In this document: piece after piece, positions 11,850 to 17,519 of the stretch
Position numbering within the stretch: the first letter of the stretch is position 1
Layout: each line of letters opens with the position of its first letter
NCBI RefSeq assembly: GCF_009792795.1
Contig: NZ_VKHQ01000003.1
Coordinates: 517,601 to 549,600 of the forward strand
DNA length: 32,000 nucleotides
From: Cognatiluteimonas profundi
GTDB taxonomy: Bacteria > Pseudomonadota > Gammaproteobacteria > Xanthomonadales > Xanthomonadaceae
Reading direction: 5' to 3'
Program-made: the position numbers and the translations under genes
Notes under the pieces: generated by a model
What the model saw: the letters and a program-made list of their open reading frames with translations, nothing else
What the model was told of the DNA's origin: nothing
Databases searched by the model: none

Positions 11850-11860
11850 GTCGAAACTAA

Positions 11861-11895
11861 TGGTGCCAAAGGGGGACTCGAAAAGTCGACCTAAG
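11861..11895 (-). repeat. int-distal att site: degenerate copy of the tRNA-Leu 3' end
   Basis: tggtgccaaagggggactcgaa (11861-11882) matches tggtgcccaaagggggactcgaa (19910-19932) except for a 1-nt C deletion. Weaker similarity continues through cgacctaag (variable-arm region) to about 11895. The T-stem 5' strand is not conserved, so this copy is non-functional. Confidence 0.85.
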
Positions 11896-11936
11896 GCCTT
11901 GTTTGCGCAAACCATCCGGCTCGCGCTCTTTGAAAT

Positions 11937-11959
11937 CTACCCCCAAACCTACCCCCACG
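11937..11959. repeat. Tandem pair of CTACCCCC (GGGGGTAG) motifs, int-distal arm; candidate integrase arm-type sites
   Basis: ctacccccaaacctacccccacg is identical at 22 of 23 positions to 19767-19789 (ctacccccaaagctacccccacg), in the same orientation, 54 nt inside the att core. Confidence 0.6.
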
Positions 11960-12228
11960 ATGCGCCCGCTAGGCGGTCGGCAATGTGCAGGGGCGAATGA
12001 GGCGGTAGCCGCATAGTTTAAAGAGCGCCGCCAAATCACGCCAGCCCAGCAAGCGCTACGCCAGCAGCTATACACGGCTCACTTACGGGATCTGCCTCCT
12101 GGCCCGGTTTGGCCGACTGCCGCCTTCATGCGACCTCGCGCGCGGGCGCGTACTCGTCAGCAAACTTCACGGATGGCAGGGCTAGTGCGCGACCGGCCTT
12201 CTCGCCGCGCGCCGACAGGACCAGCAGC

Positions 12229-12552
12229 CTATGCACATACCGCCCTGCCGCAACCTACCCTCTTGCCGGCGTTAGAGCCCACCTCCTCCAGCCGGCGCGC
12301 CCCAGATTGCATGAGGTAGCACCAGGGTCGAGCTCGACCACCTGGAAAACCTTGCCGCTTCGTTATCCACCGCTCCACGAATCGGCGGCCTTGCGCCAGG
12401 CTGGCCGCTTGGGCCACCAAGGTGCATCCGCGCCACGTCACTTCCGTTTGGTAGTGCCGGCCATTCGGTTTAACGGTAGCAACGCACACATATCGGAAAT
12501 GGAGGAAGGCCCGATCCTCATAATCGATCCAGCGGTAGTCTTGTCGGAGCAT
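12229..12552 (-). CDS. Hypothetical protein, 107 aa, possible paralog of ORF 15025..15330
   Basis: The N-terminal 65 aa have a protein-like composition (MLRQDYRWIDYEDRAFLHFRYVCVATVKPNGRHYQTEVTWRGCTLVAQAASLAQGRRFVERWITKRQG). Three collinear blocks resemble the ORF at 15025..15330. No obvious SD, and the C-terminal tail looks low-quality. Confidence 0.4.
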   Translation of the reverse strand: MLRQDYRWIDYEDRAFLHFRYVCVATVKPNGRHYQTEVTWRGCTLVAQAASLAQGRRFVERWITKRQGFPGGRARPWCYLMQSGARRLEEVGSNAGKRVGCGRAVCA

Positions 12553-12634
12553 GCCCAGAGCTTATGGACGGGCGTCCCATGTTTTGCGACAGTCCAGCGC
12601 GGGGGCGCAAGCGGCGCCAGGGCAGAGGGGGCGC

Positions 12635-12928
12635 GTGGACACAAAGCTAAAGGCCGGTGCCGTGTTCAAACCAAACGGACTCCACCGCGATGCCACCATT
12701 GATGGAGATCCGCCGAATTATCTCTGGTGCTTGCATTGTGAGCGTGCCTACGTTCGTGGCGAGTACCGCCCGGTGCGTGACCTGCAAATGTGCCCTTATG
12801 CCGACTGCGCTGGAGACACGGTGATTGATGCTTGGGCTTGGGAGTCAATCCGAGAGGAGAACCCAACCTACCCGGAGAATCCAGTTGAGGGTGTCGTCTA
12901 CCCTATGTATGGCAAGGCCGTGCCCTAA
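12635..12928 (+). CDS. Small zinc-ribbon-like hypothetical protein
   Basis: Contains WCLHCERAY...QMCPYADCAGD (CxxC ... CxxxxC) and an aromatic-rich C terminus (DAWAWESIREENPTYPENPVEGVVYPMYG). In-frame GTG at 12635 follows GAGGGGG at about 5 nt. The track's longer start at 12551 adds an Ala/Gly/Arg-rich, unconvincing N terminus. Confidence 0.5.
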   Translation: MDTKLKAGAVFKPNGLHRDATIDGDPPNYLWCLHCERAYVRGEYRPVRDLQMCPYADCAGDTVIDAWAWESIREENPTYPENPVEGVVYPMYGKAVP

Positions 12929-12939
12929 CAATTCATTCA

Positions 12940-12965
12940 AGCCGAAACCGCTTGGCGGTTCGGCT
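12940..12965. terminator. Hairpin between the convergent zinc-ribbon and csrA-like genes
   Basis: agccgaaaccgc-ttg-gcggttcggct: an 11-bp stem with one bulged A, lying in the 45-nt gap between the two stop codons. No clear U tract on either side. Confidence 0.45.
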
Positions 12966-12973
12966 GTCCTTAG

Positions 12974-13147
12974 CTACGCGGCGACAGAAGCGTTTAAGCG
13001 CTGCCACACTTCTTCGCGATGCACGGGCACGTCCATAGGGGCTTGAATGCCGAGCTTAATCTGCCCGCCTTGGACAGCGATGACGGTCACCGTAATTTCG
13101 TTTCCGATAGCGATTGTCTCGCCCTCCTTGCGCGTAAGAATCAGCAT
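12974..13147 (-). CDS. csrA: Carbon storage regulator CsrA/RsmA family RNA-binding protein (island-borne paralog)
   Basis: Internal start of track ORF 12974..13225: [57 protein letters not shown] (57 aa). It aligns along its whole length with the canonical CsrA pattern MLILTRR.GE...IGD...TVL...G.QV+IG..AP..V.VHREEI. AAGGAG lies 7 nt upstream of ATG 13147. Confidence 0.85.
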   Translation of the reverse strand: MLILTRKEGETIAIGNEITVTVIAVQGGQIKLGIQAPMDVPVHREEVWQRLNASVAA

Positions 13148-13413
13148 TTTCACTCTCCTTGTGTGAGCCGCCATCGTAGCCGCCTGGCTATAGCTTGGGA
13201 ATGTCAGAAAATCCCTACATGCCATCGGGGCTTGGGCTGACTAGTTGGGCCCCTATTTCCGCGCAACCTACTACGGCTGGCAACGTGCATATCTCTTCAA
13301 GGTCATCTACGCGCACGGGGGCCGTAGGGATGCGGCCCTGCCGTTAAGCTTAAATGTGCCGACGAAGGCCGTGGCAATGGGGATCGTTTGAATCCATCAA
13401 CAGGAGAAGAGAC

Positions 13414-13719
13414 ATGAAATACGCATTGCTTGGGTTTGCTCTGCTCGCCTTCACTGGCGTCTCGTTGGCTCAGTCACATCAAGTCAAAGGGTACGTCCGC
13501 AAGGACGGAACCTACGTTGCCCCGCATCAGGCGTCGAACCCAAATGCCTACCGCTACGACAACCGCAGCTCACAGACGAATGGCGGCACCCAGCGGGACG
13601 AATACAGCGCAAAGCCCGCAACGAATAAGCGCAATCCGAGCTACGGCGCTTACGACAACGATAACGATGGGAACCCAAACTCGTCCGATTCAACACCTAA
13701 CAGTAATGACAACAACTAA
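13414..13719 (+). CDS. Small secreted protein with an Asn/Asp-rich tail
   Basis: Internal ATG at 13414 after CAGGAGAAG. Sec signal peptide MKYALLGFALLAFTGVSLAQ, then VKGYVRKDGTYVAPHQASNPN and a low-complexity tail NPSYGAYDNDNDGNPNSSDSTPNSNDNN. AT-richer than the flanks. Confidence 0.7.
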   Translation: MKYALLGFALLAFTGVSLAQSHQVKGYVRKDGTYVAPHQASNPNAYRYDNRSSQTNGGTQRDEYSAKPATNKRNPSYGAYDNDNDGNPNSSDSTPNSNDNN

Positions 13720-13736
13720 AATTTAGGCGCCAAAAA

Positions 13737-13760
13737 GCCCGCTTCGGCGGGCCAGTTTCA
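13737..13760 (+). terminator. Rho-independent-type hairpin after the secreted-protein gene
   Basis: gcccgc-ttcg-gcgggc followed by cagtttca. It is preceded by aaaaa, so it could act in both directions. Confidence 0.5.
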
Positions 13761-13794
13761 GTGGGGGTCTCGAAACACTAGAGGGGGGTATCGC

Positions 13795-14109
13795 TTGAGC
13801 TTAAGCATGCAAGGGAAATCCGCTTGGTTGCGCGCCTCAGACGTGGTGGCGCTCGGCGTCGGCCTGGCTACCGGACTATTTTTACTCGGCACCTACGGGG
13901 GGCGCTTTCCGCCGGAATACTCGCTTGTCGTCAACGTGGCGTTTCCGCTCGCGCTTACGGCTTGCTGGTACCTAGTGGCGCGCGACCTGTCTGCCAAATT
14001 GGCGGCCCGTAGCCCAGGCAAATCGCATGCGGGGCTTGCGGCATTGCTCGTAGGCGCCAACGTCGCGACCTTTCTTCTAATCGCGGCCATCGTGGGCATG
14101 GTCAAGTGA
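13795..14109 (+). CDS. Small inner-membrane protein (about 3 TM helices)
   Basis: TTG start 6 nt after GAGGGGGG (alternative ATG at 13807). Hydrophobic segments VVALGVGLATGLFLLGTYGG, SLVVNVAFPLALTACWYLVA and AGLAALLVGANVATFLLIAAIVGMV. Its stop overlaps the next gene's GTG (GTGA). Confidence 0.6.
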   Translation: MSLSMQGKSAWLRASDVVALGVGLATGLFLLGTYGGRFPPEYSLVVNVAFPLALTACWYLVARDLSAKLAARSPGKSHAGLAALLVGANVATFLLIAAIVGMVK

Positions 14110-14402
14110 GGTCGGCAGCGATTGCGTCGTCGCTCTTGCTGGCGCTGGCGAATCACCCTGCCCTCGCCACCCAACCGCAATGCGACGCCATCAGTGATGC
14201 TGCCGATCAAGTCGAAACAGCCGTGGATGACCTCAACGACTGCATCCGGCGCGCAGATTACTCCGATGACTGCTCACTGCAAGCGCGCGACGTGCGTGAC
14301 TCGACCGACGAATACGAGGAAGCGATCTCGACGGCCGAATCCGATTTTAATGGAGAAGCCGAAGACGTCTGCCGCCCGAAGTCTAAGGCTTATCACCTCT
14401 AG
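14106..14402 (+). CDS. Small secreted acidic four-cysteine protein
   Basis: Signal peptide MRSAAIASSLLLALANHPALA. The mature part is Asp/Glu-rich with 4 Cys (QCDAISDAADQVETAVDDLNDCIRRADYSDDCSLQ...EDVC). Translationally coupled to the membrane-protein gene. Confidence 0.6.
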   Translation: MRSAAIASSLLLALANHPALATQPQCDAISDAADQVETAVDDLNDCIRRADYSDDCSLQARDVRDSTDEYEEAISTAESDFNGEAEDVCRPKSKAYHL

Positions 14403-14481
14403 CGGAAGTCGGGCTACGATTGGGTTCACTGAAGCGCGCAGATGCAATCTGCAAACGCGCGCATATCCTGGGGAGGATGGA

Positions 14482-14778
14482 ATGGATCGGAAACTAGCTG
14501 GATTGATGTTGCTGGCACTTTCAGGCTGCGCTTCAAACTCAGGCGTGGTCGCAATGGGGCCGGACACATATTTTGTCAGCCGCCAAGCCGCGACCGGATT
14601 TACCGGGGCGGGATCACTTAAGGCCGATGCGATGGCGGAGGCTGGGCGGTTTTGTACTAAGCGCGGGGAAACGGTTCAAGTGGTGAACGTGACCGAGTCG
14701 CACCCCCCTTACATACTCACAAACTTTCCCCGCGCTGAACTAGAGTTTCGTTGCACGAAGGAGGTCCCTTCGTCATGA
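14482..14778 (+). CDS. Small lipoprotein, paralog 1
   Basis: Internal ATG at 14482 after GGGGAGGA. Lipobox in MDRKLAGLMLLALSGCAS, then VAMGPDTYFVSRQ...AMAEAGRFCTKRGETVQVVNVTES...EFRC. The upstream part of track ORF 14122..14778 is an artefact. Confidence 0.7.
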   Translation: MDRKLAGLMLLALSGCASNSGVVAMGPDTYFVSRQAATGFTGAGSLKADAMAEAGRFCTKRGETVQVVNVTESHPPYILTNFPRAELEFRCTKEVPSS

Positions 14779-15044
14779 AGATCCCTTTCTTGCTCGCGGT
14801 TACTGCAATTGCAGGATGCGCCAGCACAAGTGCACCCGTTGCGGTGGGGCCTGACACTTACACGCTGTCCATTTCACAGATGGGCGGGATGAAGAGCCAC
14901 GGATCGGTGCGCGCCGATGCACTAAGAAAGGCTAACGAGCATTGCGGCAGCCTTGGGAAAACGATGGTGTTGCAGACTTCGGAATCCAGCGGCGCACGTG
15001 GCTGGACACCGATTGAGGAGGCTGTCACTTACAGGTGCCAGTAA
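14775..15044 (+). CDS. Small lipoprotein, paralog 2
   Basis: ATG at 14775 overlaps the preceding stop (ATGA), with AAGGAGG upstream. Lipobox in MKIPFLLAVTAIAGCAS, then VAVGPDTYTLSIS...ALRKANEHCGSLGKTMVLQTSES...TYRC. Collinear with paralog 1: the GPDTY motif and two conserved Cys. Confidence 0.7.
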   Translation: MKIPFLLAVTAIAGCASTSAPVAVGPDTYTLSISQMGGMKSHGSVRADALRKANEHCGSLGKTMVLQTSESSGARGWTPIEEAVTYRCQ

Positions 15045-15330
15045 CGGCAAGGGGACCAACCCCAGTGCTGGCAACTTCCGCTATCAGCCGCTCTGCATGG
15101 ATCTCTGCCCATCGATTTGCCATGCGCAGGGCGAGCGCCTTGCTTGCCAGCACTGAGGTTCCCCGACAAGCCCAATCCTTATGCCGGTTGGTCGTTGTGC
15201 ACCAGCCGGCGCCATCCACACGCGGTGACACCAGCACCACCTCTTTCCCATACATGCCACCGATGCGCAGGCACAGCTTCCCGGATGCTTGGAAGTCAGG
15301 GAACCAGGCGAAGTCGGCCGCGAGAGTCAT
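15025..15330 (-). CDS. Hypothetical protein, 101 aa, possible paralog of ORF 12229..12552
   Basis: MTLAADFAWFPDFQASGKLCLRIGG...HKDWACRGTSVLASKALALRMANRWAEIHAERL shares three collinear blocks with the other ORF (DYRWIDYEDRA / LHFRY / WRGCTLVAQAASLAQGRRFVERW). No SD. It begins right after a terminator-like hairpin and overlaps the lipoprotein 3' end by 20 nt. Confidence 0.35.
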   Translation of the reverse strand: MTLAADFAWFPDFQASGKLCLRIGGMYGKEVVLVSPRVDGAGWCTTTNRHKDWACRGTSVLASKALALRMANRWAEIHAERLIAEVASTGVGPLAVTGTCK

Positions 15331-15339
15331 CGCTAATTT

Positions 15340-15372
15340 TAAAGAGAAAACCGCACGGCGATCACGCCAGCG
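15340..15372 (-). terminator. Rho-independent-type terminator after the HGGxSTG gene
   Basis: Minus-strand RNA cgcuggcg-ugau-cgccgugcg (4-bp and 3-bp GC stems with a small internal loop) followed by GUUUUCUCUUU. Lies 10 nt after the TAA at 15382. Confidence 0.5.
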
Positions 15373-15381
15373 ATTGGCCCC

Positions 15382-15912
15382 TTACCTGGGTCTCTGCCGG
15401 TGCTGTTTCAGGTTCGCCAGCGCGCGCAGCTTTCCCTCTGGCGTCCGGGGACCCGTCGCGCATCCGCCGTGCCACTTGCACCGCTGCTTGCCAGGCTGAC
15501 TCTTAGCCTGGCACGGTTTCCCATCACGATGCCGTCGGGCGCCGCAGATTACGCGCCGGCTGGCCTGTTTCGCCCTGTTCTCAGCGAGCCACGATTCCCC
15601 CCAGGACGGCAGATCGCTACCGAACTCACGCGCGGGCGCGCGTATGGCAGCAGAAATTCCGGCAGCATCGGCCGAAGTCATTGGCGCCTCTACTTCGCCG
15701 TACTTTATTCCGGTCAACTCGGCCCACTCGATGACGATGGCATCGATAACCCCGCTGTTTGTGCATAGCGGTAGATAAGGCCCCCGTTTGGAATCGATCG
15801 CCGCCAGTGCCTGCGGACTTGGCGTGTAGTCGATGCGAACCAGGCGTGCGCGACGTGCGCGTTGCATTTTGGCCAGGTGCGCGCGGTCCTTGGACAGATA
15901 GCCATCGCTCAT
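15382..15912 (-). CDS. HGGxSTG-domain protein (phage/island-associated, function unknown)
   Basis: 176 aa. C terminus ICGARRHRDGKPCQAKSQPGKQRCKWHGGCATGPRTPEGKLRALANL fits the CGA..R.G.PC......G..RC..HGG.STGPRT.EG pattern, with Ala replacing Ser. GGGGAGGAAG lies 6 nt upstream of ATG 15912. Confidence 0.72.
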   Translation of the reverse strand: MSDGYLSKDRAHLAKMQRARRARLVRIDYTPSPQALAAIDSKRGPYLPLCTNSGVIDAIVIEWAELTGIKYGEVEAPMTSADAAGISAAIRAPAREFGSDLPSWGESWLAENRAKQASRRVICGARRHRDGKPCQAKSQPGKQRCKWHGGCATGPRTPEGKLRALANLKQHRQRPR

Positions 15913-15983
15913 CCGATCTTCCTCCCCTGTTCGAGCTTGTTAGAAGTGCAGATCCACCAGCCCGTATTGGGCAAGCGGCGAGC

Positions 15984-16025
15984 CGTTGCGGCGTTGCGCA
16001 CCCTAGGGAACGCAACGACGCAACG
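15984..16025. repeat. 42-nt near-perfect palindrome built from four CGTTGCG heptamers around CCCTAGGG
   Basis: cgttgcg-g-cgttgcg-ca-ccctaggg-aa-cgcaacg-a-cgcaacg. The 15-nt arms have one mismatch. Located in the 118-nt gap between the ATPase stop (16031) and the HGGxSTG start (15912). Confidence 0.7.
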
Positions 16026-16030
16026 ACGGG

Positions 16031-16942
16031 TCAGGCGGCATCCCGGAGCTTGTCCAAGCGACGCTTTACTGTTGACTTGTCACAGCCCACCACCTCGGCA
16101 ATTTTTGCCAAACTTAAGCCCTGGGCTTGCAACTCCAGAAGCTGGCTATGGTCTTCGGCTTCCGTCAAGCGCCAGGCCATGCGGCCATCATCGCCAGTGA
16201 TCAACTGCGCCTCGACAGGTGCAACCGCGTCGCCATATAGCGAGCGAGCCTTGTCAAAGTGCACAGAGAAACGCGCGCCTTGCTCGGGTCGGTAGTCCGT
16301 CGGCCGTTGCAGCTTGATCACAACGTCAAGCAGATCTTCCCGTTTGCTCGTTCCGCGCTGGCTGCCGCCCTTCCCCGCGTGATGGATGAAAATCAAGGTT
16401 CGGCCCTGCGCCCGCTGCTTGATCGCCCATTGCCCGACTGGTTCCCAGCCTTCTGCCTCGTTTTCCTTGGCCCCATGAATGAGCGAGCTCAGGTTGTCTA
16501 GGATGATGACGCGGGCATTGCCCACCTGTCCGCCGATTACGCTTTGCCCGTCGGCATCGCCCAGGTTGGGCATGTCGTTGAACGGCTGCACGTCGCGGGA
16601 TACCACCCGCAGCATTCCGTTTTCCGGCTCCCTTCCGGTGGCCTCGAACAAGGCTCGCCAGCGCGCTTGCATATCAGGCGCAGGCATTTCGCCGTCAACG
16701 TATAGGACTGGCGTGGGCTTCGCGGCAGTCCATTGCAGGAAGGCGCCGCCTGTCGCCAGGGCGTGTGCTATGTGCATGGCGAAATGCGTTTTGCCCACTC
16801 CGCGCGCCGCATAAATCATGGCTAGCGATGCCGACTCCAGCCATGGCGACAACAACACCTCGCGTGGTGGAATGTCTAAGCGGATGAAGTCTCGAACATC
16901 ATGCACGGCCAGCGCCGGCGCATCGGTTGCCCACTCTTTCAT
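16031..16942 (-). CDS. AAA_25/RepA-like (RecA-fold) ATPase with C-terminal HTH
   Basis: 303 aa. Walker A AARGVGKTH, Walker B RVIILDNLSSL, IFIHHAGKGG...RGTS motif, and C-terminal HTH LSLAKIAEVVGCDKSTVKRRL. This is the typical replication/helicase-like ATPase of small integrative elements. Confidence 0.82.
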   Translation of the reverse strand: MKEWATDAPALAVHDVRDFIRLDIPPREVLLSPWLESASLAMIYAARGVGKTHFAMHIAHALATGGAFLQWTAAKPTPVLYVDGEMPAPDMQARWRALFEATGREPENGMLRVVSRDVQPFNDMPNLGDADGQSVIGGQVGNARVIILDNLSSLIHGAKENEAEGWEPVGQWAIKQRAQGRTLIFIHHAGKGGSQRGTSKREDLLDVVIKLQRPTDYRPEQGARFSVHFDKARSLYGDAVAPVEAQLITGDDGRMAWRLTEAEDHSQLLELQAQGLSLAKIAEVVGCDKSTVKRRLDKLRDAA

Positions 16943-17217
16943 GGGGCACCCCCGACCCTAGCCGGTGCGGCGTGGCATGGGCCTTGCGCGCGAGCCGGCG
17001 CACGTTGGGCACGGGGTTGCATCCAAAATCCGCGATCGGTCCTTCGCCAGTTGTGCGCCTCCAATTCCTCAAGGCTCATGCAACGGCGGCTTCCATTGCG
17101 CCGCCCGATCTCGGCATAAGCGCCCAGGCGATGCCGCTCAAACTCGCGCGTGCCGGTGAAGTAAAGGCCACAGGCGGCACACTGGCAGCGTCCCCCGGTC
17201 AATCGCGGGACGCTCAC
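16939..17217 (-). CDS. Phage-type zinc-finger-like hypothetical protein
   Basis: 92 aa. RCQCAACGLYFTGTREFERHRLG...RRCMSLEELEAHNW...RGFW resembles a C2H2-like motif seen in prophage/island small proteins. 4-nt overlaps with both neighbours indicate translational coupling. Confidence 0.6.
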   Translation of the reverse strand: MSVPRLTGGRCQCAACGLYFTGTREFERHRLGAYAEIGRRNGSRRCMSLEELEAHNWRRTDRGFWMQPRAQRAPARAQGPCHAAPARVGGAP

Positions 17218-17519
17218 GCTTCAGCCTCGCGCACGCGGGCGATGCCGTGGGAAACGACGGTAGATGCCAGGCAATCCGCCGCTGCATCGAGCAGGTCGGC
17301 CGCATCCACCATTCCGGGCTCTGGCGTGTCCGTAGCCCGCGCGTATCGGGCCAGGTGCAGGCGAGCCAGGTTGACGGAAGACAACACCCTAGCTCGCGCC
17401 TGCGCTCCCTCCGGGCTATGCTCCGCGTGGCACGGGCCTAGCGCCTTTGCCCTCTCGCCTCGATTCCCATCGGTCGCCAAACTTGCTGGGGTCGAGGCGA
17501 TTTCATTGGGCCGGATCAT
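17214..17519 (-). CDS. Hypothetical protein, 101 aa
   Basis: Internal ATG at 17519 (MIRPNEIASTPASLATDG...) overlaps the alpA-like stop (ATGA), and its own stop overlaps the next start. No recognisable motif. Confidence 0.5.
   Translation of the reverse strand: MIRPNEIASTPASLATDGNRGERAKALGPCHAEHSPEGAQARARVLSSVNLARLHLARYARATDTPEPGMVDAADLLDAAADCLASTVVSHGIARVREAEA

Noticed and set aside
11861-11876. TGGCAC...GTTT on the minus strand, resembling the -24 element of a sigma-54 promoter upstream of nuoA.
   Set aside because: The TGGCAC is simply the acceptor/CCA end of the tRNA remnant. The -12 GC element is absent (GTTT instead of TTGC) at the required spacing.
12109-12702. 197-aa plus-strand ORF across the island's left end, and other small ORFs at 11857..12075, 12438..12644 and 12825..13046.
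   Set aside because: Ser/Arg/Ala/Pro-rich composition with no SD or motif. They overlap better candidates on the opposite strand. About 11896-12228 is best treated as non-coding arm DNA.
13893-14210. 105-aa minus-strand ORF antisense to the membrane-protein and secreted-protein genes, which might have explained the possibly bidirectional terminator at 13737-13760.
   Set aside because: Arg/Ala/Thr-rich with no SD. The plus-strand genes have SDs, signal peptides or TM helices, and translational coupling.
15035-15506. Plus-strand ORFs 15035..15499 and 15117..15506 between the lipoprotein genes and the HGGxSTG gene.
   Set aside because: They overlap the terminator and the well-supported minus-strand HGGxSTG gene. 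Composition is junk-like (Ser/Arg/Pro/Ala).
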